A stretch of DNA of 64,000 bases from Oligoflexales bacterium (GTDB lineage Bacteria; Bdellovibrionota_B; Oligoflexia; Oligoflexales; Bog-1112): the NCBI GenBank assembly GCA_045105515.1, contig JBGCDR010000060.1, forward strand, positions 1 to 64,000, given 5' to 3'. How positions within the stretch are numbered: the stretch's first letter is position 1; each line of letters begins with the position of its first letter. The position numbers and the translations under genes are program-made. The notes beneath the pieces were generated by a model. That model ran no database searches. It was not told the origin of the DNA and saw only the letters and a program-made list of their open reading frames with translations. Shown piece after piece: positions 28,631 through 38,650 of the stretch.

Positions 28631-31411
28631 ATGAAAAAGATTTTTGTGATCGATGTTATGGCAATGGCTTTTCGCACCTTCCATGCACTCAGTCGTAGGC
28701 CTCTAAGCAATTCCAAAGGGTTTCCCACCTCTTCCATCTTTGGAAGTGCAATGTTTTTGATGAAACTTATTGAAGATGAAAAACCTGATTTCCTTGTATT
28801 GGCATGCGATTCAAAAGAAAAAAACTTTCGCCATAAATTGTACCCAGAATATAAGGCCAACCGAAGCGCAATGCCCGAGGACTTGGCTCTTCAAATTCCA
28901 AGGTTATTTGAGCTTTTCGACTTGTGGAAAATTCCTTTTATCAAAATTGATGGCTTTGAAGCTGACGATGTGATTGGCAGCATTGCTGCACAATGGGGAA
29001 GCCCTTCCCACCATTGTTATTTGGTTTCTGGTGACAAAGACTTCATGCAATTGATTAACCCTCATACTTTTCTTTACTCTCCTAAAAAAGGTGGAATATG
29101 TGAAAAGATTGGAGAAGAAGAAGTAATCACACGGTTCAATGGCTGCACACCTTCTCAAGTTACCGATATAATGGCCCTTTGGGGTGATCAAGTTGATAAT
29201 ATTCCAGGAGTCCGTGGGATTGGTGAAAAAGGTGCTGCAAAACTTATCCAAACCTATAACAGTTTAGAAGGGGTTTACGAAAACTTAGAAAATATTGGCA
29301 ATAAAAAGCAAAAAGAAGGTTTGGAAAACTTCAAAGACGAGGCATACCTATCTCGAGAATTGGTAAAGATCAAAACTGATATTCCTCTACCGTTTAGCTT
29401 GGATGACGCCAAGTTTGACCCTGAAGTCGCATTAAGTAATAATGAGCTGCTACCATTTTTTGATGAGATGGACTTTGAAGCCCTTGCAAACAGGGTAAAA
29501 AAGAATGCAAATAAGCCTAAAAAAGAAGGTCTCGATTTAGAAAATGTAGACAGTCCAAAAACAGAAACTAGCAGCGATTCTAAAGACTCCGAACCAGTCA
29601 CCTATGGTTCTTACCATCTTATCAATAACAAAGAAAAATTTGATAGTTTTATTGAAGAAATTAACGCAGAAGATCGCTTTGCCTTTGATACTGAAACCAC
29701 AGGTCTTGATATAGCCAGTGACAAGCCAATAGGACTTAGCTTTTCATTGAAAAGCCAACGCTCATTTTATATTCCCATTATTCCGGAGCACTTAGAAGCA
29801 GACTTAACCCCAAGTACTATCATAGATGCTCTCAAAAGCATATTCATAGACCAGTTAAAGGTTAAAGTTGCTCACAACCTGAAATTCGACTTACAAATGT
29901 TACACAACATTGGAATTGAGATTAAAGCACCCATAGGCGACTCGATGCTGCTGGGGTTTTTAATAGATTCGAATCGACGTAACTTTGGAATTGATCAGCT
30001 ATCTGCTCACTACTTGAGTATAAATAAAATACCGACTGCATCTCTCATTGGAAAAAAAGGAGAGATTTCTATGAAAAGCATCCCACTAGAGCGTATTGTA
30101 CCTTACGCTTGCGAAGATGCTTACTGTGCCTTGCAACTGCATGAAACTCTGCAAACGCAACTCCCAAAACAGTTAAAAGAAGTTTATGAAGACTTAGAAC
30201 TTCCTCTGATCCCAATTATTGCAGACATGGAAGCTCAAGGAATAACTATCAATGCTGAATCCCTAGCAAATATATCAGAATCCTTATTCAGCGAATCTCA
30301 AGAACTTATGAAAGATATTTATGAATTAGCGGGTGAGGAATTTAACATAAACTCACCAAAACAACTCCAATATATTCTCTATGAAAAACTTGCAATTCCT
30401 GAAAAACTTGGAATTAAAAGGATTAAGAAAACTAAAAGCGGATATTCCACTGATATGTCAGTCTTAGAAACGCTATCAGCTCACCCTTTGTCACATAAGA
30501 TCCTCCAATATCGAACTGTGACTAAACTAAAAAATACCTATGTCGATACACTCCCTCAACTGATCAATGAAAAGACCCTACGCATTCATACCAGTTTTCA
30601 CCAAACTGGAACAGCTACAGGAAGGCTGAGTTCCTCTCACCCAAACCTACAAAACATCCCAATTCGCTCTGCAAAAGGCAAAGAGATTCGACAAGCGTTT
30701 ATAAGCAAGCCTGGACATTGTTTGATTTCAGCAGATTATTCCCAGATTGAACTGAGAATTTTAGCTCACATGGCAGATGACCAAGGTTTACAGACTGCTT
30801 TCCATAGCGATGCAGATATCCATACTGCCACTGCTGCAACCATGTTCAAAAAGAACATACCTGATGTTAATGAACTAGACCGCTCTAAAGCTAAGGCAAT
30901 AAATTATGGAATAATATATGGAATGGGCCCTTCCCGACTTGCAAAAACAACTGGTGCCAAGCTAAAAGAAGCTAAAGAATTTATCGAACGCTACTTTAGC
31001 AGCTTTCCTGGCATCAAGGGCTTTATCGACCACTCCATAGCTTTTGCTAAAGAAAATGGATTTAGTGAAACCATAACTGGCAGACGCAGAAATATTGAAG
31101 GCATCGATGGTTCTTTGGGGAACCTAGCTCTAGCCAATGCAAGAAACATAGCAGTTAATTCACCAATCCAGGGGAGCGCTGCCGATTTAATGAAAAAAGC
31201 AATGATCAATATTAAGCAAGTGTTGGACGAGCAAGGATTCAAAGCTAAAATGCTGTTACAGGTGCATGACGAACTTGTATTCGAATGCCCCTTGAAGGAA
31301 AAAACAGACCTAATGGCATTGATCGAGAACCAAATGAACCATGCCATGGACTTAAAAGTTCCTTTAAAGACAGAGGTAGGATGTGGATCAAACTGGCTGG
31401 AGGCTCACTAA
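28631..31411 (+). CDS. polA: DNA polymerase I
   Basis: 5'-3' exonuclease (YKANR, EADD, GDKD), 3'-5' exonuclease (FDTETTG), polymerase motifs (TGRLSS, ADYSQIELR, KAINYGIIYG, QVHDEL). Confidence 0.98.
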   Translation: MKKIFVIDVMAMAFRTFHALSRRPLSNSKGFPTSSIFGSAMFLMKLIEDEKPDFLVLACDSKEKNFRHKLYPEYKANRSAMPEDLALQIPRLFELFDLWKIPFIKIDGFEADDVIGSIAAQWGSPSHHCYLVSGDKDFMQLINPHTFLYSPKKGGICEKIGEEEVITRFNGCTPSQVTDIMALWGDQVDNIPGVRGIGEKGAAKLIQTYNSLEGVYENLENIGNKKQKEGLENFKDEAYLSRELVKIKTDIPLPFSLDDAKFDPEVALSNNELLPFFDEMDFEALANRVKKNANKPKKEGLDLENVDSPKTETSSDSKDSEPVTYGSYHLINNKEKFDSFIEEINAEDRFAFDTETTGLDIASDKPIGLSFSLKSQRSFYIPIIPEHLEADLTPSTIIDALKSIFIDQLKVKVAHNLKFDLQMLHNIGIEIKAPIGDSMLLGFLIDSNRRNFGIDQLSAHYLSINKIPTASLIGKKGEISMKSIPLERIVPYACEDAYCALQLHETLQTQLPKQLKEVYEDLELPLIPIIADMEAQGITINAESLANISESLFSESQELMKDIYELAGEEFNINSPKQLQYILYEKLAIPEKLGIKRIKKTKSGYSTDMSVLETLSAHPLSHKILQYRTVTKLKNTYVDTLPQLINEKTLRIHTSFHQTGTATGRLSSSHPNLQNIPIRSAKGKEIRQAFISKPGHCLISADYSQIELRILAHMADDQGLQTAFHSDADIHTATAATMFKKNIPDVNELDRSKAKAINYGIIYGMGPSRLAKTTGAKLKEAKEFIERYFSSFPGIKGFIDHSIAFAKENGFSETITGRRRNIEGIDGSLGNLALANARNIAVNSPIQGSAADLMKKAMINIKQVLDEQGFKAKMLLQVHDELVFECPLKEKTDLMALIENQMNHAMDLKVPLKTEVGCGSNWLEAH

Positions 31412-32194
31412 GTGACACAACAAATTGAAAACAAAGAAGAAGAAGAAGAAGAAGAACAATTGGTTGATGGTGGCAAGGTTATGTCCTTGTTTGATCACTT
31501 GGTTGAGTTAAGACAAAGACTCGTCAAATCACTTATTGCGGTACTGATATTCTTTGGCGTGGCAATGGCTTTTTCAACAGAACTCATAGAATTTCTGAAG
31601 CAGCCTTTGCTTTCAGCAATTCCTCCAAACAAAGATGCCCTACATTTCACCGGCCCTCTAGACGTTTTTATCACTAGCATTAAGGTCGGTTTCTTATCAT
31701 CGGTCATTTGCGCATGTCCTGTGTGGATTTATCAATTTTGGAAATTTATTGAACCCGCACTATACAAACATGAACGAAAGCTCATTTTACCATTTGTATT
31801 TGCCTCTGTAAGTTTATTTGTGGCAGGAGTTAGCTTCTGCTTCTATATAATTTTACCTTTAGCGCTAGAATTTCTCATTACCTTAGGCATGGAAGTAGGA
31901 ACTCCCATCATCACCATCACTGACTATGTTTCTATGCTGATGCTGATGATTTTTGGCTTTGGCTTTATTTTCGAAACCCCCCTCATTCTGGTGTTATTAG
32001 CAATCCTTGACCTCATTAGCGCCGAAATGCTAGCTAAATATCGCCGATATGTCTTGGTGGGAATTTTATTTGTAGGTGCAATTTTAACCCCTCCTGACCC
32101 ACTATCACAGATCGGAATGGCTGTGCCTCTGTACTTAATGTATGAGTTTTCAATTATTATAATAAGGTTGATAAAAAGAAAGCGTAAGACTTGA
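31412..32194 (+). CDS. tatC: Twin-arginine translocase subunit TatC
   Basis: HLVELRQRL, YQFWKFIEPALY..E, FETP, TPPD..SQ, LMYE. GTG start directly follows the polA stop. Confidence 0.95.
   Translation: MTQQIENKEEEEEEEQLVDGGKVMSLFDHLVELRQRLVKSLIAVLIFFGVAMAFSTELIEFLKQPLLSAIPPNKDALHFTGPLDVFITSIKVGFLSSVICACPVWIYQFWKFIEPALYKHERKLILPFVFASVSLFVAGVSFCFYIILPLALEFLITLGMEVGTPIITITDYVSMLMLMIFGFGFIFETPLILVLLAILDLISAEMLAKYRRYVLVGILFVGAILTPPDPLSQIGMAVPLYLMYEFSIIIIRLIKRKRKT
31436..31456 (+). repeat. (GAA)7 microsatellite encoding poly-Glu at the TatC N-terminus
   Basis: Seven perfect GAA units. Confidence 0.8.
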
Positions 32195-33003
32195 AAACAT
32201 TCCTAAGCATTTTAATAGCTATAATATTGCTCCCTATAGCTGCACAAGCTAAACAACAAGAAGGCCAAAAGCAGTATAAGAACTCTTTCTGGAGCGTTGG
32301 GCTGATAGGTGAGCGACTCTCATATAAAGCTGGCACAGGATATGAACTTCTCGGAAATAGTGGATTGTTATCTGTAGGTTATGGTCACATGCAAAGCCGC
32401 TGGTTTATTATAGGTAGTGCTGATGTAATAACTGGACCTTTTAACCCCAACCAAAGTGATAATATTGAGATGGACTACCAGGGGACAGGGGTTAACGCCT
32501 GGTGGGGTTACAGCGCCCAAGTTCTAGATCTTAGACATCCTGCAGGTGGCTACGGATTTACACTTGGCATCAATTATGTGGATATTGCAGGTAGAAATGT
32601 CTATGAACAAGACGACCCCCTCATACCTTCTTACTACTCACAGGTTGGCCTTAACTACAATAATAGCGTGCGTGTCACCTATGCAGCTCTATCTCCTGGC
32701 ATTTTTTTTTGTTGGATGAAACCTTCAAGAACCTATGGTTCCTCAGTTGAACAATTGAAAACTCGAATCGAAGGCTACTTGCTGACAATAGCATTTAAAA
32801 TGCCTATCTTTGCCAACTATCAGTCTTCACACTATCTATGGAATTTAAAAGACGAAGCCAGCAGCCTCGAAGGCTATGATCCCAATGGCGACCAAGATCT
32901 TTATATACCTGCTGAAGAGTGGGAAAACGAAAAAATTAGTCAGAGTGGTAAACTTAAGGGATTTACCATATTGGTCTCGCTTCAAGCTCTGCTGGGAACA
33001 TAG
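32191..33003 (+). CDS. Hypothetical exported protein, possible beta-barrel
   Basis: Signal peptide ending AQA; Gly/aromatic alternating strands; overlaps the tatC stop by 4 nt. Confidence 0.6.
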   Translation: MKTFLSILIAIILLPIAAQAKQQEGQKQYKNSFWSVGLIGERLSYKAGTGYELLGNSGLLSVGYGHMQSRWFIIGSADVITGPFNPNQSDNIEMDYQGTGVNAWWGYSAQVLDLRHPAGGYGFTLGINYVDIAGRNVYEQDDPLIPSYYSQVGLNYNNSVRVTYAALSPGIFFCWMKPSRTYGSSVEQLKTRIEGYLLTIAFKMPIFANYQSSHYLWNLKDEASSLEGYDPNGDQDLYIPAEEWENEKISQSGKLKGFTILVSLQALLGT

Positions 33004-33014
33004 GCATGCCCTTA

Positions 33015-34205
33015 TCAAGAGGACCAGTAAAAATAACCTTGATTGATCAGATCTAGAAAAAAATTCTGGCTTGTCGGTTCCCTCTGAATCACTTTCAAGA
33101 TCTGTTTTCCATTTAAATCATAAGATCTGCTAATTAAAAGTACTAAATCTAGGAAATTTAGCGGACAAATTATTTCAACACCGTTGACAAAAAATAAGAG
33201 TTCTTGCTTATTTCGAATAAAGTTTATACGGCAAGACTCTTCCCTCATTAAATTAGTACAGCTACTCAAAAGTTGTGCACACTGTTCCCAAGAAAATGAC
33301 TGCTCAGGTGCTATGGCTTGGTATCCAGCAGCATGGTGACCTTTTGGAGAAGAAAGAAGCACCCCTAACCAATGTGGCATGCCCTGTCGCGAGCTACTCA
33401 GTTTTTTGAGCAATAGATCGACTTTCTCAAGTGTTTTAGGCGAGATTTCTGCTGGATGGTCAACTTGACTTAGGTCAGCGTCACCCAAACGTTCTTCATC
33501 ATCTAGCAAGCTTAAACAATCTTCAAGATGACTCTTTAGAAGCTCTTTGTATGCAGGAGCATGAAAACCTATGGAAAAAGTCATTCCTGCATCTATAGTC
33601 ACCCCATGATGGGCATGCCTAGGTGGCAGATAAAGAAGATCCCCCGGACCCAAAATAAATTCTTGATCTGGATTAAAAGTTTCAAGTTGTCTCAATTCAA
33701 TTCCATCGATATGAGCATCTTCTCCCTTCTTGCGTGCTTTGCTTTCAATACTCCAGCGTTTTTTGCCAGTGACCTGCAACAAAAACACATCATAATGATC
33801 AAGATGAGCCCCAACGCTCCCACCTTCGGGACTATAACTAACCATAATATCATCAAAACGCCAATCTGGAACAAACCTAAAAAAGGATTTTAATTCCGAT
33901 AGTTCGGAAACCCATTTATCAACATCTTGTACCAGAAGTGTCCATTTTATTGCAGGTAAGGAAGTCAAAGTAGCCTCGTCGAAAGGGCCAGATTTTAATT
34001 CCCAAGGAATTTTACCATTTTCTATAACTAAACGAGACTCAACTCCATCTTCGCAAGATAAACCTGCTAGTTCATTCTCCGAAAAAGGAGAAGAAAATTT
34101 TTTTACTCCATCCCTTATAAAAAGGGGTTTTTTTTGCCAAAATTCTCGCAAAAAATCTTTTATTTCCATCCCCAACTCTAACACAAGTGAACTCCCTTTA
34201 ATCAA
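33015..34205 (-). CDS. roxA: JmjC/cupin-4 oxygenase, RoxA/YcfD (ribosomal protein uL16 hydroxylase)-like
   Basis: FWQKKPL, ELAGLSCE..VESRL, WTLLVQ, PDWRFDDIMVSY, GGSVGAHLDHYDVFLLQ, PGDLLYLPP..AHHG. Confidence 0.85.
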   Translation of the reverse strand: MIKGSSLVLELGMEIKDFLREFWQKKPLFIRDGVKKFSSPFSENELAGLSCEDGVESRLVIENGKIPWELKSGPFDEATLTSLPAIKWTLLVQDVDKWVSELSELKSFFRFVPDWRFDDIMVSYSPEGGSVGAHLDHYDVFLLQVTGKKRWSIESKARKKGEDAHIDGIELRQLETFNPDQEFILGPGDLLYLPPRHAHHGVTIDAGMTFSIGFHAPAYKELLKSHLEDCLSLLDDEERLGDADLSQVDHPAEISPKTLEKVDLLLKKLSSSRQGMPHWLGVLLSSPKGHHAAGYQAIAPEQSFSWEQCAQLLSSCTNLMREESCRINFIRNKQELLFFVNGVEIICPLNFLDLVLLISRSYDLNGKQILKVIQREPTSQNFFLDLINQGYFYWSS

Positions 34206-34365
34206 TTGCTGCGACAGTGTATTGCTACCATAGTAATTCCTGGATTTGTACCATTAAACATAGCAAATTTAGCCTCTCATTAAATTCCACTAGTAACCGT
34301 AGATTAGAAGCATTATCCTAACTTAAAAATCCAGATCAGTTCACTTAACCAAGGACGGCTAAAAT

Positions 34366-35160
34366 ATGAACTACATCAAATCCTCAAATATTGTAACTCT
34401 TTTACTTTTCACATTACTTTCGAGCCAGATTTTTGCTCATGATTTGTCTCGTGAAGAATTTATAGATTCAACAATCGGTCGCTACGCTCATTATGATATC
34501 GTGGCTTACAATCAAAAAGTCGGGCCGAAGACAATGAAAACCCTAATCGTTACCTATGGGTTTACTGATCTTAAAACAGAGGGTGACCAGTTGATTGCAA
34601 CCGAAAGTTTCTGCCATTCAGAGCAACTTAGCAGTGAGCCATTTATTACAACTATACCAGATGCTATGACCACAAATATCGTACCTAAATCAACCCCTGT
34701 CAGCATAAGTAAACAGAACGGAAAGTGGGGATTCTATAGACCTGAAACTCCAACACCTATTGGTGTAAAATTTGATGATTGGATAAATGAACCATTTCCC
34801 CAAGACGCCAAAGACCCAAGACTCAGTGATGATGATGGAGATGGCAAACCAGGAGTTACCATCAAAATCAGAGCTTATTGGTTGTTCCCTGTAGAGATCT
34901 ATATTGCAAGAAGAGAAATTTTTGCCTATCACGTTTTACTAGCAGAGAATGGCAATCTAACTGGCCATGTCCGTGACCGTTCAGAACAATTAATCATTGG
35001 TTCATCTCCAGAATTTTTAAAAATTCCAAACACTCCATTTGTACAGGATAAAGATCCAAATAGGTCTCCTATCATTCTAGTTCCTGTTTCAGAAGACTAT
35101 GATTGTAATCGTCTAATGAAAGAGCGCAGAAAGCTTTTTCCAAAAAATCCAAAACCATAA
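34366..35160 (+). CDS. Hypothetical secreted protein with a DxDxDG calcium-binding-like loop
   Basis: Signal peptide (IFA), DPRLSDDDGDGKPGVT, two Cys. Confidence 0.65.
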   Translation: MNYIKSSNIVTLLLFTLLSSQIFAHDLSREEFIDSTIGRYAHYDIVAYNQKVGPKTMKTLIVTYGFTDLKTEGDQLIATESFCHSEQLSSEPFITTIPDAMTTNIVPKSTPVSISKQNGKWGFYRPETPTPIGVKFDDWINEPFPQDAKDPRLSDDDGDGKPGVTIKIRAYWLFPVEIYIARREIFAYHVLLAENGNLTGHVRDRSEQLIIGSSPEFLKIPNTPFVQDKDPNRSPIILVPVSEDYDCNRLMKERRKLFPKNPKP

Positions 35161-35249
35161 GGACGAGTGAAAAGCTCAATTGAACAAGGAGTGCCATCAA
35201 ATAAAAGAAGATAAACACCTTAATTTAAAGGTTTATATTTATTCTTAAC

Positions 35250-35276
35250 TAAACTTCTTGTTCATCTCTCCGAAGC
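35250..35276 (+). promoter_or_regulatory. sigma28/FliA-like promoter
   Basis: TAAA-N15-TCCGAAGC upstream of the PAS kinase. Confidence 0.5.
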
Positions 35277-35310
35277 ACACCTTGGACCGAGGATTCTTCG
35301 AGAGCATGGT

Positions 35311-36438
35311 ATGAGTAAAAACCCGCAAGAAAAAACTGACGAGCTGCAACTCACAAGCGCCCTTGCACAAGGTCTCACTGGAAACATATTTGAAAATATC
35401 GTTCGTCACTTCCCTGACATCATTCATTCAGTAGATGAAAATGGTAGGCTAGTTTCAGTTAACCTCAAAGCGGTAGAGTTACTTGAATATACCGAAGAAG
35501 AATTAATCGGGAAAAGCGTTTTCGAAATATATGCCGATGAAGTGGTTCATAAAGTAAAAATTGGCTTTAAGCAGTTAAAGCAAGAAGGAATTATGGATCA
35601 CATTGAGAGTAAACTAAAATCCAAATCAGGCAAAGTTATCGATGTGGAAATGCGATCATTATCTCTTTATTCGGAAGATGGTAAGTTTATAAAAACTTTC
35701 AGTATTATCCGTGATATACGAGCACTGAATAATATGAAATCCCAGCTCATACAACAAAGCAAACTCGCAGCTATTGGAGAACTAGCTAGTGGCATTATGC
35801 ATGATATTAGGAATCCTTTGTCAGTTATAACATCATGCAACGACTACCTTCTAGATCAAGCAATAAAAAACGATGATAAGAAACTCATGGAAAAATGTCG
35901 ACAGAAGATGACAAGAGCCTCAGGTAAAATCCAAAAACTTACCGACCACCTCCGTAGTTTTTCTCGATTAGATCAGGAAAAAAAGGAGACCATAGATTTA
36001 AGAGCTCTGATGGATGACTGTTTGTTAATGGTTGAAAACCGTGTAAAAGAATCTGGAGCAACAATTACTTGCTCTGACATTGATGAAAATACAAAAATTC
36101 TCGGACGTGAAAATCAGTTAGAGCAGGTTATCATAAATCTATTGTCAAATGCTTGTGATGCGATAAAGGAAAATAAAAACAAGTCAATAGATGTAAAATT
36201 TTCCGAAAGAGGTGCTTATTCTCAGATATCTATCAAAGATTATGGTGAAGGTATAAAGGAAGAGAACTTAGAGCATATATTTGATGCTTTTTTTACAACT
36301 AAGCCGAAGGGGCTGGGAACAGGTCTTGGGCTTTCCATTAGCTATGCAATAATTCAAGATCATGGTGGAGAACTTTGCGTAGAATCAAGCTTGGGAGAGG
36401 GTGCTGAATTCATCATCAAAATTCCTCGTATCGAGTAG
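35311..36438 (+). CDS. Cytoplasmic PAS-domain histidine kinase (NtrB-like)
   Basis: PAS (DENG...VN...LLEYTEEELIG), KLAAIGELASGIMHDIRNPL, QVIINLLSNA, FFTTK..GTGLGL. Confidence 0.92.
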   Translation: MSKNPQEKTDELQLTSALAQGLTGNIFENIVRHFPDIIHSVDENGRLVSVNLKAVELLEYTEEELIGKSVFEIYADEVVHKVKIGFKQLKQEGIMDHIESKLKSKSGKVIDVEMRSLSLYSEDGKFIKTFSIIRDIRALNNMKSQLIQQSKLAAIGELASGIMHDIRNPLSVITSCNDYLLDQAIKNDDKKLMEKCRQKMTRASGKIQKLTDHLRSFSRLDQEKKETIDLRALMDDCLLMVENRVKESGATITCSDIDENTKILGRENQLEQVIINLLSNACDAIKENKNKSIDVKFSERGAYSQISIKDYGEGIKEENLEHIFDAFFTTKPKGLGTGLGLSISYAIIQDHGGELCVESSLGEGAEFIIKIPRIE

Positions 36439-36466
36439 GGCTTGAACCTGATCCAGTCTTTAAAGA

Positions 36467-37435
36467 TTAGCTATAGTGATCTATAATCATCCCTGCAAGC
36501 AACAAACCAAACCCCCAAAGACTAAATTTATAAGCATCCTCATCGTGCTTCAAATATAAGATAAGATTCTTATTCCGACCCGAGTGGAAAATTCCGAGCA
36601 CAAGACCTGCAAGCCCACCGATTCCATGTATAGTATTGGCAACTGGCATACCAATTAAAGTTAAAACTAAACACAAACAGTACCAAAAGATAAAAAACTT
36701 TGAAGCCTGCCCATCAAGATTCCTATGCTTAGAAGAGAATCGCTCCATTGTCCAGATATAAGCTAACAAACCATAGTTTACTCCAGACATTCCTATAAAC
36801 CTAGGTCCCACAACAAGATAGAAAACCACGTGAGAGCTAATACTAATCACCAGCAACAATGAGAGTAGGCGCTTCGAAGAAAAATGACCTTCTACTTGTT
36901 TTGCAAACTGATAGAACCAAAGCATATTGAATATGATATGAAACCAATCTCCGTGCATAAGGGCTGGGGTGAACAAGCGCCAAATTTGGCCATTCAAAAT
37001 TTCAGCAAAGTTTTTAACTCCAGTCAGATGGTTTAATGGATCCCTTGAAAAGCTAAGATATGGTTCCAAGATGTTTTGACTTAAAAAAACTACCGTACAG
37101 ATCACGATAATGGCAAAAGTCACCGGGAAGTTCGTAAAAAACGATTCACTACTAGCCCGACGAGCCCGCTTTCGTTCCTTCTCTGCTTTCAGGCTCGCAA
37201 CTTTATGCTCCTTTGCAGCTTTTGCCGATGTTTCTTTGTATAGAGAGCCCTCAGGGTTTTTTTTAAACTCTTGTAACAGCTCGATTGCTTGATCTTTTTG
37301 TCCATCTTGAACAAGCCACACGGTAACACTGTTTGAATCCTCTTCATCCAGCCACGCCTCAATACCCTGGCTTTCCAGATACCAGCGAAAACACTTTGCA
37401 TCTTCATGATTTTCTAAGTCGCCAAGCTTCCGCAA
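36467..37435 (-). CDS. Rhomboid intramembrane serine protease (GlpG-like, with N-terminal soluble domain)
   Basis: WRLFT, H...HIIFN, GMSG catalytic Ser, later His. Start probably TTG 37435 with RBS GGGAG (track 37504). Confidence 0.88.
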   Translation of the reverse strand: MRKLGDLENHEDAKCFRWYLESQGIEAWLDEEDSNSVTVWLVQDGQKDQAIELLQEFKKNPEGSLYKETSAKAAKEHKVASLKAEKERKRARRASSESFFTNFPVTFAIIVICTVVFLSQNILEPYLSFSRDPLNHLTGVKNFAEILNGQIWRLFTPALMHGDWFHIIFNMLWFYQFAKQVEGHFSSKRLLSLLLVISISSHVVFYLVVGPRFIGMSGVNYGLLAYIWTMERFSSKHRNLDGQASKFFIFWYCLCLVLTLIGMPVANTIHGIGGLAGLVLGIFHSGRNKNLILYLKHDEDAYKFSLWGFGLLLAGMIIDHYS

Positions 37436-37574
37436 GAAGTATGCTCCCTTCAATAAAGTCATGTACTGGCTAATTTTAGCCCAATGACAGAAAATCCCCC
37501 ACATTTATTGTAGGAGAACTTTTTCTAAGCAAAAATAACAAGGAATATATAAGGTTAAAAGATAGAAGTATTTA

Positions 37575-37853
37575 TTAGTTGCGTGAACCGAAGTTGCCGC
37601 GTTGGGGGCGATCTTGTGCTTCATTCACACGGATGCTACGGCCATCTAAATCAGTGCCATCCATAGCAGAAATTGCGCTCATAGCTGCTTCATCATCGTC
37701 GAAAGTTACAAAACCAAAGCCTCGTGACCTTCCTGTTTCTCGGTCTAAGATTACTCTGGCATCACTAACAGCACCAAATCTTTCAAAAGACTGGCGCAAT
37801 AAAGTATCATCAGTGTTCCAGCTTAACCCGCCTACAAATAATTTCTTTGACAT
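37575..37853 (-). CDS. RRM (RNP-1) RNA-binding protein
   Basis: KLFVGGLSW (RNP2), DRETGRSRGFGFVTF (RNP1), VNEA. Start ATG 37853. Confidence 0.95.
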   Translation of the reverse strand: MSKKLFVGGLSWNTDDTLLRQSFERFGAVSDARVILDRETGRSRGFGFVTFDDDEAAMSAISAMDGTDLDGRSIRVNEAQDRPQRGNFGSRN

Positions 37854-38141
37854 AACTCGAAACTCCAAAAAATCTAAACAGTTTTCCTTAGACTCGCAAG
37901 AAAAACTAGGTAAAAACCCTATAACTTAAATTCCAAAAATAGACAATCATTCTTTGTCTTTAGAAACGCTTATCATTCACTTCTCAGGAGTAAAAGTTTA
38001 GCAAAGGAAGCACAATAATTCGAAAAGAATGCAGAATCAGTATTATTCCTTTTCTTGGCAGGTTCCAGAGAGGCAGTTTAAAATCTTTTAACGCCATTCA
38101 AATCCAAGATTTGATCAAAAAAGCTTAAGCTAAAGAATGAG

Positions 38142-38255
38142 GAGCTCCACAGTAAGCACGCTAGGTGAAAGCCGAACGAAACTCTCAGAAAAAGGTTTAT
38201 AAATCCGTCTACCTTTGGGATCTCAATGCTACCTTGTTTTCACAGTGGAGGGCTC
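38142..38255. ncRNA. Unassigned structured RNA candidate
   Basis: Nested stems GAGC/GCTC, TCCAC/GTGGA, AGCA/TGCT and AAAGGT/ACCTTT, plus a GGT-GAAA-GCC GNRA hairpin on the + strand. Confidence 0.35.
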
Positions 38256-38269
38256 GAAATGTTCTATCT

Positions 38270-38312
38270 AAAAAAAAATAAAACCCGCGAGGCAATCATA
38301 CCTCTGCGGGTT
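38270..38312 (-). terminator. Rho-independent terminator
   Basis: Minus strand AACCCGC-A-GAGG-loop-CCTC-GCGGGTT followed by TTATTTTTTTTT. Confidence 0.8.
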
Positions 38313-38418
38313 ATTTAGGGGGAGCAAAACTCATGCCTCTAAAGTTTAGCTAAGCAGGCAAAGCTTAGCCAAAAAACTGTCTTGAACCTTGAGAACAAAT
38401 CACTTTCATGCTCTCTTA
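38270..38418 (-). ncRNA. Putative sigma28-dependent small RNA or leader with a 14-codon ORF (MKVICSQGSRQFFG, 38409-38365)
   Basis: Promoter-like motif upstream, AGAGAG before ATG, three consecutive hairpins, strong terminator. Confidence 0.5.
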
Positions 38419-38424
38419 ATAATC

Positions 38425-38452
38425 TATTCGGGTTTTTACATGGGAATCTTTA
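38425..38452 (-). promoter_or_regulatory. sigma28/FliA-like promoter
   Basis: TAAA-N16-CCCGAATA. Confidence 0.6.
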
Positions 38453-38650
38453 GCCCAATCTATAGGCATTAATTCTATATATAGAATAATCATTATATTT
38501 TAAATAGATATGGAAATTTTAATATCAAAAAACTTACATTTTTGAGCTTTCTTAAATCAATGATCGGTCCGATCTTAAAAATGCGAGGAATTATGACGAT
38601 TCTGCTAAAATAGTAAAAGCTAAGTATTATGTGCCACCAAGGATATTTCC

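Noticed and set aside
31436..31456. (GAA)7 as a phase-variation switch
   Set aside because: A trinucleotide unit keeps the frame and lies in a variable N-terminal tail.
37579..37929. 116-aa plus-strand ORF
   Set aside because: Antisense shadow of the RRM gene.
38165..38200. Glycine riboswitch or hammerhead similarity (GCCGAA, CGAAAC, ACTCTCAG)
   Set aside because: The glycine 5' GGAGA half and the hammerhead CTGANGA core are absent, and no glycine-related gene follows.
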